A stretch of 64,000 nt of DNA, from contig MU053810.1 of the NCBI GenBank assembly GCA_013239625.1, positions 4,992,071-5,056,070 on the forward strand, read 5' to 3'. The position numbers and the translations under genes are program-made. The notes below the pieces were generated by a model. It was not told the origin of the DNA, did no database searches, and saw only the letters and a program-made list of their open reading frames with translations. The stretch is from Lama guanicoe. Its lineage: Eukaryota. Of the stretch, positions 25,700 through 38,749 are shown in pieces. Each line of letters opens with the position of its first letter. Position 1 is the stretch's first letter.

Positions 25700-25827
25700 T
25701 AACTTGTCTTTACTACATGCAATAAACTCTGACATGTTCTATCCTATGCTTTTTTTTAATGCTGATTTCAACCCATTAAACTGTTTCATGACCCCTAAAG
25801 GATTACCACCTCAGCTTGAAAACAGTG
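25700..25827. mobile_element. hAT-Charlie DNA transposon end (MER113/Charlie4-like)
   Basis: aatgctgatttcaacccattaaactgtttcatgacccctaaagg..cagcttgaaaacagtg resembles a Charlie terminus. Confidence 0.5.
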
Positions 25828-25899
25828 ACCTGAGGGAAGTTTCTAGTTGGTGTGCCACAAGATCTAGCCTCTTAAACATTTCTCCTAGTGTTTGATTTA

Positions 25900-26900
25900 G
25901 GACATTGAACACAGATCACATTTGTAGACGGATGATATCAGACTGGAAAATGTAGCTAATATGTCCTTAATAGGCTGCAACAATGGGTCAAGAAGATAAA
26001 TTGAGGTTTCAAAGAGTTGAATGTGTAACCCCACACTTGAGTCTAAAGATGTAAGCTGGTCTTGAGATGAGTTAAGGCCATGGGACCCAAGGCTACGATC
26101 AGAGCATGTTTATAGTATGCAGTAAATAATTGCTCCACACATGTGTCAGTTATATAAGATTTAGAACAAAGAAAATAGAAGTACGCATGTGATAGAGATA
26201 TTCTGTAAGCCTAATGAGCAAAGAAACTCAGACTGTGCATGTGTTGACAGAAAACAGATAAAAGCAGGACAGGTGCATCATAGGCGCACCTCCCTGTGGC
26301 ATTAGTGTTGTTAACCCCATGGTGTCTCCGGCTGAAGTCTGCCTGGTGGTATGGCACCTCCTCGTGCATTTTTTTGTTTGGGCTGCTCACCTCCTAGAAC
26401 CCCACATCAGCCTCCCTCGGCTGACAGATGTAAACCAAATATCCCAAATAGGAGACATATTTTAAAATTTATTTTACTGTAGAAGGGGGTAAGGCTTAAA
26501 AATAGAATGCATGGGAAATATTTCAGGATTTTAATTTACTTGTAAGCATGATCCGAGTCATCAGGATTCAGTGATTGCCAAAATAACCAGGTGAAACCAA
26601 GTTAAGTGCAATCAGAGGAAGGGTCCCTGAGAGACTTTCTTGAGGCCAGAGCTTACCTGGGGATTTGCGCTTATATCTCAGGACCACACTGTGATCAGAG
26701 GGACCATGGCAAATGCGAACAAGGTCAACAAGGATGATGGGGAATGAATCACATCACGTGGAAAATAGTTGAAGGATCTCAGGGTGTGGAACAGAAAGCA
26801 TGACTAAAGGAATAGCGGTCTTCAAGTATCAGAAAATCTCATGTAAAATCCCATAGAAGGAAGATTACACTTGCTCCCTCTTCTCCCAGAGGGCAGAATC
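25900..26900 (+). mobile_element. L3/CR1 fragments, split by a solo LTR
   Basis: atttgtagacggatgatatcagactgg (FADD-like reverse transcriptase region); gtcttcaagtatc..ccagagggcagaat. Confidence 0.55.
26050..26426 (+). mobile_element. Putative ERV solo LTR, family not recognised
   Basis: TG (tgtaagctgg) ... CA (ggctgaca) ends, about 377 bp, TATA-like gataaaagcagg at about 26257. It interrupts the L3. Confidence 0.55.
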
Positions 26901-27694
26901 ATTCATTCATTCATCATTCAACAAACATCTTTTGAATGCCTATTACTTTTTACTAAGCCACATTTTAGAGGTGCCAGAATAAAAACTGCCCTCAAAAAGC
27001 ACAGTGTCTAGTGCAGATGAAAGACGGGTTCCAGCTTTCTGAACCTTGTGTTTGTGACTCCCATGGCAGCACTGCTCCTTGGGCTTGGCGTCGCCCACTG
27101 GCAATGTGCTGCCTTCTGTGTGGGACCGGTTTATCCATGGTCCAGACTCACGGTCTGCACGGCGGACCCGACCATGTCACCATCCTACAAAATCCTCCCA
27201 AATCTCCCAGTTACCTTTAGAATAGCCACCTGAAATCTGAAGGGCGCCCACGGTTTGTTTTCAAAATCACTATTTTCCTCCATATCTCAGGCCCTCCCTC
27301 TAGCTATTTTAAATCAATTTCAGCATCCTGTGTGCTGTGCTTTCCCACTGCCTACCTGATGCTGTATGCCCATCCTTGTCACTGGCGCCCGGCTGACTTC
27401 TGTTTTTCCAACCCAGTCACCACCTACATCGTGCTATGGGCGCTATGACTCCCACTGGCCATGTTCCATGACCCTGCTTCTGGGACCCGTGGCACATGCT
27501 GCCTCTTTGTTACTTATCCTGGTGAACTGTCATTTATTTATAATGCTCCCTGAAGACAGGAGCGTTTCCTCTTGGTACCTTGGCACCAGGCTCAGTGGGT
27601 GGCACAGAGCTTGGTCCTCAAAAACGCCTGTTAAACGTATCAGTGAATGAAGGCACAGACAGAAGGGTTCAGATTACATCAGCAGATAAGCATT

Positions 27695-27798
27695 CCCTAT
27701 AACAACTTTAAACGGAGTACAATCTCTAAAAATATTGAATCACTGTGTTGTACACCTGAAACTAATATTGTAAATCAACAAGAATTCAATTTAAAAAA
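27695..27798 (+). mobile_element. Short cetartiodactyl L1 3' tail
   Basis: tgaatcactgtgttgtacacctgaaactaatattgtaaatcaac, then an A tail. Confidence 0.85.
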
Positions 27799-29516
27799 CC
27801 AGATAGTGTTCATAAAGGTTGAGCTGTCCCTTGAATTTTCACTTCTGAAAATGAATCTAAATAAAGGAAATGGGAGAGAGATCTTTAGAAACTCATTTCC
27901 ACGTTCAAGACCACTGTTGACAGACGGCTAGGCGCCATGGGTCAGTCAGGTAATAGGAAGCAACTGCCCAAGACTTGCTTCGCGGGGACGTAAGAAGAGA
28001 TGATGGATTATTGACAGCATCATCAGAAGGTGATCTCCGTCTGCTGCTGTGTGAGTCGTCCTGGCATTGCAGGGGGCATCCAGCATTTCTCTCCTGCAGG
28101 AAGGCTGGCACCGGGCAGTCCGTGTGTTGGGGCAGTGAAACAATCTCGCATGAAGGGCTGTGCCAGCCGGAGGGAACAGTGCTGCCTTTGAGAGGCACAA
28201 AGAGCCACTGTCCTGGCCTCTTTTTTTCTTCTCCAAAAACTGTTAGGGCCCAAAACTCGCTGCGGAGATAACAAAGGCTCCTCGCTGACTGAGCAGAAGG
28301 CTGTAGTCATTTCACCTGTAGAATCTCAGCCAAAACCAGCCCACAGGCCACAGCCCGCAAGATTAAGGCATTCAAGCATCCTTTTCACCTGGATGGCAAT
28401 CTGAAAGACAAACAAGCTTTGCTGAAGAAAACAGAATATCCCTTTTTTTCTCAGCCTCTGTCGGTTCTGGATGCTCTGTCCTCACCAACAGAGTGAAGCA
28501 GCTCCTGTGTGCAGGGTGTCTTCTTGGAAATGTTTACCCCACGTGCTGGTGACTTCATGATGCTTCCATTCTATGCACATAAGAGGAAAGCCTTATGAGT
28601 TATTTCAGCCAAGACTGAGCAACCATCCATAAGGCAGGTCTTGCGCTAAACAGGAGGTTGGACTGGCTGAGCACTGAGCTCCCTTCCAGGCTCTGTAATT
28701 AGACGGCTGGGAGAGGGAACATGTAACTCATTCAAATCTGTAGTCACCAGGTCATCACATTAATACCCAAGTGGCTCAGATGTGGACAGCGTTGCCAAGG
28801 ACTCAAGTGCAGAGGGCAAGGCTGGTTGGGAGAGGACAGAGGGAAGAGGAAGGCTACGAGACAGGGCTGCAGTTAAGAAGAAAACTGGTTGAAGTCTACA
28901 CTGAGCATTTGCTGTGTTTCAGGCAGGAGCTGCACTTAGAGATGAAACTCAGTTTACTTGGAGGTGAGTAGTGAAGAGACCAGTCCCCAGGCTGTTCCAG
29001 GGCAACAGAATCAGTGCCGTGGAGCGTCTGTGCTAGGCAGACAGCCCAGAGCGTCTGGGGCAGCAGAAAGAAGACTTCTTGAATGTGGTGGTGAGTGAGC
29101 TTAAAAGAACAAATAACAGCTGATCTAAGCTGGGAGCAGGGTCTGCGAAGATACTCGATGTAGAAAGGATACACAGGCCAGGCAGGAAAGCAGGAGGGAA
29201 CGTGGCCGACGTGCTGAGCTGCAGGCAGCTCCTTGGCGTGGCTGGCACGGAGGACACCTGTGAAAGATGGCAGGACGAGGAGTGGGAAAGCGGTGGCTTC
29301 CGGACCGGGAAGATCTTTCCTGCTGTGCGCAGCAGTAGGGAATTTACTGATGGTGTTGAGAAGATATGGGTCCCAGGTCCACGGGGAGGAAGAGGTGCTT
29401 CCTGGCAGTGACCTGGGGAGTGGGCAAGACTTCAGGGAGGGAACGAGCCACAGGGACTGGACTTCCCAGCCTAATCACAGATTCTCTTATCTCAAGTGTG
29501 GAGGAAGGATGCCGCC

Positions 29517-29946
29517 TGCCAGTACCGGTCAACAAAGGATGTTTCAGCCGTCAAGCCATCAGCCACCCCAGTGGTGCACCTGAGGGGTTCAGGATGGAAA
29601 AAAAAACAAAAAACAAAAAACAAGAGAGTGGCGCTAGACAGTTAAGGTGCATATCAAAGGGATAATTGCCATGAGCCCAGACTCCTGCCTCTTCCCACAT
29701 AGAGAAAAGTGCTAAATTCATTAGCTTGCAATGTCTGGTTTTTCTTTAATTAACAGTAATTTTTGATGTTTGGACAACCTGGTTTTTGTGGAGAAAACGC
29801 CTGTGTATCCTGGCTCCTATACCTGTTAGGAACAGTCCCTCAGAGCTTCGGAGAGGCTGTCTCCTGGGCTTAAGTCCTCAGTAAGTCTGCCAAATAAAAC
29901 AAAATTCTCAAATTTTCGGTTGTATATTTTTCTGTTTCATTTGATA
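29517..29946 (+). mobile_element. Cetartiodactyl ERV1-class solo LTR
   Basis: tgccagtacc..aacaaaggatg..caagccatcagcc..tagacagttaaggtgcatatcaaagg..gtccctcagagct..gggcttaagtcctcagtaagtctgccaAATAAAac..ttcatttgata. Confidence 0.8.
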
Positions 29947-30164
29947 CAAGCATGGCAGGAGAGTGACCAAAAGGCCCATGGTGGCAAGGGCAGCAGACAT
30001 CGCAAAGATGGACTAGAATCCCTCACCTCTCACCCCAACTACATCCTGGTACCGTATCAGGCCCTGGAACTCTGTCTGGGGATGTGGGGACAAAGCTCCA
30101 AGAAGATCCGAAGCAAAATTTCTAGTAACCCAGAGGCTTTGGGCTTGGAGAATATGTGATTTAA

Positions 30165-30167
30165 AAA

Positions 30168-30208
<41 letters not shown>
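30165..30208. repeat. (TA)n(CA)n microsatellite
   Basis: Read directly from the sequence. Confidence 0.95.
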
Positions 30209-30924
30209 TATTTCTTTTATATCAGAATTTGTGGATTGACGTGTATATCAGAATTACGATGTGGATTATATCATTCAAGCCTCACAATAACTTACGTGTG
30301 AGGTATGATTATCCCGTGTTTATAACACTTAGACACAGAAGCTACATAAAGAATGAGAACCGAAGAAGAACTGTTCTCATTCATGCACCTCATTTTACCA
30401 CAGAGCTAACAGGTTTTGGAAAAGCTAAATGGGTCTTCAAGTTCAAAGACTAAGCCTGGAGGAAATGCTGGTTATACCAATGAGTATTTTTTTTTTTTTA
30501 ACTTGAGCACTGAGTTTGTTGCATCTCCATTTGTAAGGCAGGCACGTTTGAAAGGCAAATTTCCCGGAGATTTTCTACTATGGAAATGTTCATTGCAGCG
30601 TAGGATGATAGGTACGCGCAGTAGGAAGGTGCTGGGTCTCACTGGGTTAACTGCTTCCTGAAATTCCTCCTCTCTCAAGTTTCCATGGGAGAGGCAGCAG
30701 ATACAGTGAAGGACACGGTGAGTAGGAAACTTCTGGAAAGGATGCTGCTGCTGCTGGAGCAAGGAGGGAGCCCCGCGGCGTCCAGCCTACGGAGCAAAGC
30801 CAGCAAGGCCAGTCAACTGCAAGGTCAACTGAGACGGCCCAGGGCCGGGGCATCCAGCTTAGGTGGGAGCTTGCGATCTGTGGTCATCTGGCTGTTGACT
30901 TAAGGAAGAAACTGCCATCTCTGT

Positions 30925-31100
30925 CACGTGCCAGGAACTCTTACTAATGTTACTTGATTTAATTGTAGTGAGAAGACAGTGAGAAAGGAATTATTTCCAT
31001 TTAACAGGAGAGGAAACTGAAGTTCAAAGGGTTTAGGGATCTTGCCAAAGTCAGAGCGCTAGAAATCAGAGGGTGAGATTCAAAACTAGGTCTCTCCCAT
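30925..31100 (-). mobile_element. MIR
   Basis: ccatttaacaggagaggaaactgaagttcaaagggttta..cttgccaaagtca. Confidence 0.75.
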
Positions 31101-31390
31101 CCTCAAATTATTTGCTTCTGTTTTTTGTTTCTCCACCGTGAACCTTCATTTATTTCTGTTCTACCCTCTCTTACTGGTTTTTTTTTTCCCATTTGTAAAA
31201 AGAGCCTAGAAAAGGGCTAGTAGAATATCCTTCACCTTCATTAAAATTGAGTGAACAAATGTGAAAGTATTTTGAATGAATAACATGCAAAATATATTTA
31301 AAGGATATTTGCAGTAAAAAGAAACATGGCTCCCATTACCAACGAGCCTCAGCTTTAGTCCAGACACAGTGTCAACATACAAAACCATTT

Positions 31391-31475
31391 GTTTGTTTTT
31401 TAATTGAAGTACAATCAGTTACAATGTGTCAATTCCTGGTGTACAGCGCAATGTCCCAGTCACGCAAATACATAC
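31391..31475 (-). mobile_element. Very short camelid L1 3' tail
   Basis: ttgaagtacaatcagttacaatgtgtcaattcctggtgtacagc. TSD acaaaacc(a/g)ttt at 31379-31390 and 31476-31487. Confidence 0.88.
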
Positions 31476-32164
31476 ACAAAACCGTTTTGATTCCAATACT
31501 GGTACAGGAGACGCAGAGAGAAGGGAAACACACTGGACTTCCCCGTGACTGTTTCTGAAGGGGGGAAAAAAAAGCTTTGGTGAGCTAATCTTGAACTTGA
31601 GGCACTGTTCCTTTGTTGTCCAGCTGCTGCCTTCAAATCCTGTGTTTGTGTCACCGACAATTGCCACGGAAGCGTTTCATTTCGTTTATTTATTATTCAT
31701 ATCCCTCCAACTTCCAAAGATAAATGCAAAGCAGGGAAGTGAAGCCTTTTCATTTTCATACACTAGATTCATATCTCGGCCGCTTTGTTTTGCTGATACG
31801 TCAGTGTAAAAATTACGGAGCTAAGACAGCCACCAGTCCAGAGGGCTAGGCGACCGTGGTTACTCTTAAATTCAAATATTTGGATTCGATGCAGAGGTCC
31901 AGTGCCAAGGACATGCTGATCTGTGATTGAAAGGCTAAAACACGAAAGTCCCAATCTCACTCTCCCCTGACTATGTTGAAGGGATGCACTGCAGATTTAA
32001 TCTCTTTAATCTGCCTTGCTGCTTCCAAAGCCACAATTATTCTGAAACCACACAAGGGCCAGCAGCAAGCGCAGGGCGAGGCTGGGACACAGATCCCCAC
32101 GGACTCTTTGTTCCATCGCAGAGGATTCTCTCGGTGGCCAGCTGAAGGCCTTTTCTTTGTGTCG

Positions 32165-32213
32165 TGATTGACAGACATGAATTAAATATCACCCCACTGG
32201 GCTTTCTGATTGG
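32165..32213 (+). promoter_or_regulatory. PBX-PREP/MEIS decamer plus inverted CCAAT box
   Basis: TGATTGACAG at 32165-32174 and CTGATTGG at 32206-32213, in repeat-free sequence. Confidence 0.35.
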
Positions 32214-34258
32214 TGAACAGCGATGGATTACAAGAATGTCTTGGGAAAATGGCATTTCACCATAGTGAGACACGACTAGAAAGGCAGGGCTTTTCCAGCT
32301 AATCCTGAACTTGACAACAGCAGAGACCTTGATTCTGAGCTCTGTTGTTTTTTTGTTTTTTTGTTTTTTTTTTAAGCTTGATATGTCTTGTTCAATTCTG
32401 GGAAGGATCCATCCTAGAATGGTCTCAGAGAACAGGATGAAGCCAAAGGAAGTTAAAAAAAAAATGGGGAGTAGAGGGAGAGAAAAAGATTGTTTTCTTT
32501 TAAAGATTGATGTTTCTGGAGATGTGCTTTAAGGATTCTGTTCTTAAAAGGGTCTGACATTGTCCCCAAGGCATTTTTTCTTTCTCAGTTTATCAGTGTG
32601 GCAATTAGTGTTCCCCCAGGAAACGCTGTAGTGGCTGCAGCTTCATCCTATTGCCAGCATACAATGCCCAGCCTTGGGCATAAACACTCTGCACCCACAG
32701 CCTCTGGTTTTGAACAAGCAGAAATGGTGCAATAAGAAAGTCTTAACGTGCAGAGAAATGGAAGAGCAAAGAAAGGTGTCCCAGAATTCTAGGAGACACA
32801 GCGTGTATGTGGCCAACTAGAAGAGGAAGGAGAAAATGGGGACAAAGTGGCAAAATGACAGAAGCAAACCTGTTACCTAGTCTAACAGCTGGTGAGGGTT
32901 TAGGTGAGTGTTGATTTCAAAGAAAGGTGGTGAAGCTGCTCCAAGTGATGAACCTCGGAAACAGAAAGGGGTGATTCCCAATGGAGGCTGCGAGCGGCAT
33001 GCTTAGTCTTGGTTTATATTTTGTGAATGATGTTTTCTGATGCCTCTAACATACATTCCAATGTGAGAATAGGCTGGGTTCTTAGCTATGCTATCAGTAA
33101 AACTGTGGGAAGAAGGCATTAGGAAGAAATCTTTTGCCTGGCTTTCAACAAATATCAAAGTTGCTTTGCCATGGAGTTGGAGCACAAAGATTCCTTCTAC
33201 AAGATGAGAAGGGGGAAGTATTTAAATGTTAGCCAGATTTGGGGCAGTTAAATAGGTAAGCAAAAAAAAAAAAAAAGTGCAATGGTGTATTTGGCGTGGG
33301 AGTTCTTACCAGTTCTAGGAAGGTATTACCAGTATTAACCAGGCCACCAGTGACCGGCTTACAACCCTCAACTAGGAAAACTGGTGGGCACCATCCAAGT
33401 GAGCAGATGAGAGTTGGAAGCTAGTATCCAAGTGTCAGGAGAGCAGCCATGGACAAACCTGGAGCAGAGGGGTGGTGATAGGTGAAGAAGCACACAGCAC
33501 AAGGCTCAAGAATTGAGGGAAAAGCTGAGAAAACAGTTCTGCATCCTGGCAAGAAATTGTAGGCAGCAGGGAGAGCCCACAGCACCAGAATCATGCTTGA
33601 GCCAAAGAACCACGCTCCAGGCATCTCAGGCTGGAGGCTGTAATGTTCCCGAAGAAGCAAAAGTGCATCTTGGCCTGGCCAGGCTTGTGGGCGGTGTGAC
33701 CATATGGCTCCTCCAGGGGGGAATGTGTGTCGGAGGTGGTGGTGGTGAAAGCAGCCGGCAGACGTTCCAGGAGCGCAAAACTCAGGAGCTGCCCACCTGC
33801 GTTCTCTGCCTGCTGGAAATGGCATGCTTCTTTGGGGATGACACTCTGGGGGTTTTCACGTTCATGGAAAGTCCAATCAAAGCGCAGGCCTTATTTACTG
33901 ACTACACGGTCTCCACGGTGGACAGATGCCTGGCTGGGCAGCTATTCGGGGCAATGCCAGCTCCAGGAAGCCTTTCGAAGCTGGAAGAGTCCCACTCCGG
34001 GAGGAAATGTGAGTGATAACAAATCTGCTTTTTCAGGAGATCCCCAGCTTGCTGAGCTGTGACATGGCGCATCCCCGTCCCCTCCCGCTCTGTGTTTTCC
34101 TTCCTCAGCACCCTGTGTTGCTGGGAGGATTTATGAGCTGTGTGTTTCTTCAGCTCCTTCATGAATCCAAACAGTTGGGTCCTCATGTCCTGGATCTGAT
34201 GTCACTGAAGGTAATGGATTATTAAGGCGCCAGAGAGGCGGACCGGGCAATGGTGGGA

Positions 34259-34630
34259 TGTATTGCTACTGGCGCCGCCATGACAACGCACCCCAGACTG
34301 GGAGGCTCAAGCAGCAGAAATTTAATATTTCACGATTCTGGAAGCTGGAAGTGTCAGATCAAGGTGTTGGCAGGGTTGGTTTCTCCGGAGGGCTGTTTCC
34401 TTGGCTGGTGGATGGCCTAACTCTCCCTGTGCTGCAACATGGTCTTTCCTCTGTGAGTGTCTGTGTCCTAATCTCCTCCTAGGACACTAGCCGCATTGGG
34501 TTAAGTCCACCTTAATGACCTCATTTGACCTTAATTAGCTCCTTATAGACCTTTTCTCTAAATATATTCTGATGTTCTGGGGGTAAGGATTTCAAAATAT
34601 GAATTTGAGGGGAGGGGACAGAATGTAAGA
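34259..34630 (-). mobile_element. MaLR LTR (MLT1A/B-like)
   Basis: ttctggaagctggaagtgtcagatcaaggtgttggcagggttggtttct..tgtcctaatctcctc..tatgaatttgagggg. Confidence 0.85.
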
Positions 34631-35559
34631 TGTCACTAGTGGCCTCCTTGAACGCCCAGAAGATACAATGGCTTTGGGGCCTTTAAGATTCATCTAAGAG
34701 CAGAATGCTTATGGACCTGCCACCAATACATTTTCACTTAATCACAGACTCATTTATTATCATAACCCTATTATTATCACACACCATGTAATTGTCAGAT
34801 CAACGTCAATACATATTTATTGAATTAATGAAGAAATCTTTTCTTTCTTGAAAAGACTCACCCTTCCTCGTAAGAAGGACCTGACAGTTGAAAGGTAAGC
34901 CAAGGTGTCAGGTTACTCGGCCACTCGCCTCCTATTGAATGGATTCTGGGCAGTCTCTAGTGGACGATAAAGCATTATAAATAATTCAATTAAACAACCC
35001 TTGTCAAAATGAATTAATAGACTGCTCTTTCTAACCCCGTTACTTCAGTTTCTTCAAGTCTGTCAGCTTGTGTGCGGACTTGAAAACTCCGAGGGTGAGG
35101 CCCTCTCCTGAGAACGGAGGAACACAATGCTGGGCAAACAGCCTCCTTCAAAATGAGTTTCAATGAAAAATGCCAGATTGGCAGGGACAGGGTGAGGGGC
35201 CCTTCATTTCGGGCTCATTCCAGACCAGAGCCAAACAGGCTCTTGGTTAATCAATGGGCTAGTTCCCTGCAGGTTTATGGGCATATGAGACCCTGAGTGG
35301 CACATGAGTCTCACCCCCAGTAGATTCTAGCATTAGTTAGTTGTCTGTGGCCCTTGAAGACAAGTCTCTGCTCTGGGAACACAGTTTTCCTTTGGCTAAC
35401 ATTTGTCACAGTCACAGCAGCCTTGAGACAGTGCCACATCAGGAGTATCTCTAAATCAACACAGGCTTTAGAAGGAAGGGCAAAGTTGTAGATCAGAGCC
35501 AGGAAAAGAGGTAAAGAATTGAACGCTATACTATCTAAGGCCCAAGGATAGGCTGATTC

Positions 35560-36105
35560 TTTTTTTGTTGCAGTAAAATACACATAACATAAAACTTGCC
35601 ATGTGAGTCATTTTTAAGTGTCCAGTTCAATAGCATCAAATATACTCACTTTGTTGTACAACCATCACCACTATCCATCTCCAGGACCCTCTTCATCTTG
35701 CAAAACTGAACTCTGTCCCCATCAAACACCAACCCCCCCCCATCCCCTCTTGCTCCATCACCTGGCAACCACCATTCTGCTTTCTGTTTCAGTGAACTGA
35801 CTACTGTAGGTACCTCATGTCATCATACATGTATTTGTTCTTTTCTAACTGGCCCATTTCCCTCAGAATAATGTCTTCAGGGTTCACCCACATTGTAGGA
35901 TGTGTCAGAATTGCCTTCCCTTTTTAAGGCTGAAAAAGATTCCATTGTATGTATAGACCACACTTTTTTTCATTCTTTCATTCTCAATGCACCCTTGGGT
36001 TGTCTCTACATTTTGGCCATTGTGAATGATGCTACTATGAACATGTTGGTACAAATATCTATTTGAGTTCCTGCATTTAATATTTTTGGACATTACCCAG
36101 CAGTG
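35560..36105 (-). mobile_element. L1MB-type 3' end
   Basis: gtaaaatacacataacataaaacttgccat..accatcaccactatccatctccag..ctggcaaccaccattctgctttctg. Confidence 0.88.
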
Positions 36106-36133
36106 AGTTCAGCAGTGACTGATTCTCTCTCTC

Positions 36134-36282
36134 TTTTTAAAATAAAATATTTTATTTAGTTTTTTTAGAGGGTGATCAGGTTTGTTTGTTTGTTTATTTA
36201 TTTAAATGGAGGTACTGGGGATTGAACCCAGGACCTTGTGCAGGCTAAGCATGCACTCTACCACTGAGCTACACCCTCCCTC
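36134..36282 (-). mobile_element. tRNA-derived camelid SINE (Vic-1 type)
   Basis: tggaggtactggggattgaacccaggacc..gctaagcatgcactctaccactgagctacaccctccc. TSD ga(c/t)tgattct. Confidence 0.92.
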
Positions 36283-36539
36283 TAGGATTGATTCTTAAAA
36301 CCAGGCCTCTCAGGCTATTTTCAAGCCTAGACAAAATAATAAGAAAAAACAGGGATGCATGCTGAGCACTGGAACTGAGGAGGAATCTGGAAGAGACTGC
36401 GGGGTAAAGTCTAGTGAGGGAACCTGAGCAGTAAGGACTCCACGGTCGGCCTCTTGAGATATTGTTTATCAGGAAGGACTTCTACTTTTAGGTTATGCAT
36501 CTCCTTTGGGTCCCCTAACTCTACATCTGAACTATTCCA

Positions 36540-36710
36540 CCATCCCTTACACTTTCTCTGTTGGAGGTTATTTATACGTGTGTCTTAAATTTCCTACTTA
36601 AACTGTAAGCTTCCTGAGGGCAGCAACGACATGGCATTCATCCTCGAAGCCCCAGGAGCACCTTGGACAATCCCTGGAGCCCAACCTGTGGTTAATAAGT
36701 ATTTACTAGA
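36540..36710 (+). mobile_element. L2 3' fragment
   Basis: aactgtaagcttcctgagggcag..aataagtattt. Confidence 0.65.
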
Positions 36711-36879
36711 GAGATGAACCTAATACTAAACATTAGAGAAACAGACCTACTTACTCATTTCCTGGAATTCTTCAAGGAAAGCACCACACTCATGTCAGCG
36801 CAGATGTTAAAAATAGTAGTTGAGTAAGCAGAGGAAGTAATAATACGGCTGTGGGAAAATGAGGCCACATCTGAAATAC

Positions 36880-37325
36880 CGTGTGCAATTCCAGGCCTGA
36901 TTTAAGTAGCCTCTACCCTAGGTATTGAGGATAATCTAGAAAGAGCAGAAGAATAAAGAGAGTGGAAGCTGCCAGATAAAAACAGCTGAATGAACTGACT
37001 AGCTTGGAGACAAGAAGACTAAAGAGAGAGAGATAATAAATGCTTGCAAATATTTGAAAGGCTTTCTTGTGGAAGAGGAAGCCGGCTTAGTTTTGTTCCA
37101 GAGAAAGACCTAGTACCAGGGACCCAGATTTAAGAGCAAAGAAACAAGATTCAGTTTAAAAGAGAACTGTTCAACTTTTAAATTTGAGTTCTTCTAGAGT
37201 AGAATAGACTGCTTGATTAAGATAGTCCCCTGTTGACACAGAGATGATCAGGAATGCAGTAGAAAGGGAAATACAGACTCGATCCTATTTGACCATCATA
37301 GCTTTTCTTTCTAAGCCTCTGATAC
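36880..37325 (+). mobile_element. L3/CR1 3' fragment
   Basis: tagcttggagacaagaagact..caaatatttgaaaggct..gtggaagagga..ttccagagaaagacctag. Confidence 0.6.
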
Positions 37326-38749
37326 TTTCCTTAAAAAAAAAAAAAAAAGTCCTGCTCAGTTTCAGGGAAACTATATTCCCTGTTATGTCTCATAGGATTA
37401 CCCTGTGTCCTCGGAAGAGATACTTCCACTTACTGAGTTTGGTACCACTATTCAGGATACTGTTTTGTCTCAAATGATGACCAGTCTTAGCTATGAGCTC
37501 ATCACTGTAGCTGGAATCTCCTTGGAGACGGTCTGTGAATGCTTTCTCTGCTTCCTAGTATTCTTAAGCAGAAATGGGTCATGCTGTCAGGTGGGGTGTG
37601 CTGGTAGTCTGTCTTCTGGGTGTAGGGATTCCCCATTCTTTCTGGATGTTTCCAGAGCCGCCTTCCAAAGCTCACATTCATTGCTCCTGCCTGAAGGCAG
37701 AAATCTCTCCTCTGCAAGGAGGGTCACAGCTTGCCCCATCCGACTGCTCCCACTGTATTTCTGTAACCAGTCGCCCCTACCTTAGCCTCTGGGCTCCTCT
37801 CTTGCTTCTCATAGCTTGGGGTTGGAGGCTTGGAGCATTCCAGAATGATTTCTTCCTTCCACGACAGCCTTTTGCTTTTTGAAGAACATCTTCCTCTATT
37901 ATCCCAATCCTGCTTGCTTTCTCTTATTTAGGAATTCCTTCTTATTTCTGGTCTGCCAAGAATATCTCTTCCAGTTTTCCAGTTATATGGCAGGTTTGTT
38001 ATTTTAAACATGTCTTTTCTGTCATTTTTAGGCATCTGTGCTCAGTTCGCTCTCTTAATTCAACCTCCTGTCTCTTCGAATTCTACACAGCATAATTTTA
38101 CAAATGCAAAAGGGAAAGTAAACAGAAAACACAGTTTTTATAAAAAGAACTCATTTTAAAACTGTTTTTTTCTAACTATAGCAATAATAGCACATAGATG
38201 AAATCCAAAATCATTCACAATATTAACACCAAAATACCCATCATTGCTAGCATTTTGGAATATATATAAAACAAACACACACACACACACATATAACTTA
38301 CTATAAATATATATGCTTGTATATATACATATACAATATGATACTTTAATATAGATATATTTCTATGGAATGAGAAGAAACTCCAAATCACCTTTACTAT
38401 CTCTTGAAATCCCTCATGAACTATTAGTGATTATTTCAGTAATTAAGCCAAGTATAAACTGCTGGCTACCTTTCCTCTTCTTCAAACGCTTTTTGGTTTT
38501 TCTCAGTTTTGTGCATTTTGCCTTAAAATTGTTACTCTTTCACTTTATTTCACTCTGTGCCGCAATCTCTGCGAGGCTTAAACAAACACAAAGACATGGC
38601 ATCTGTCATCGTAGGTGCCTGGTAGGCACATTCTGGCGTGCTTTTTCAGGTTAATTAATTTCAATTTTTATTAAAGGAACTTATGGACACAGTTTTAGAA
38701 ATCCAGTGGTGATTCCCATTTTTTCCCCTAATTTATATAACAATTTATA

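Noticed and set aside
33513..34016. 167-aa ORF and overlapping ORFs
   Set aside because: Non-ATG start, no recognisable domain and no supporting exon structure. Several frames are open simply because the region is GC-rich.
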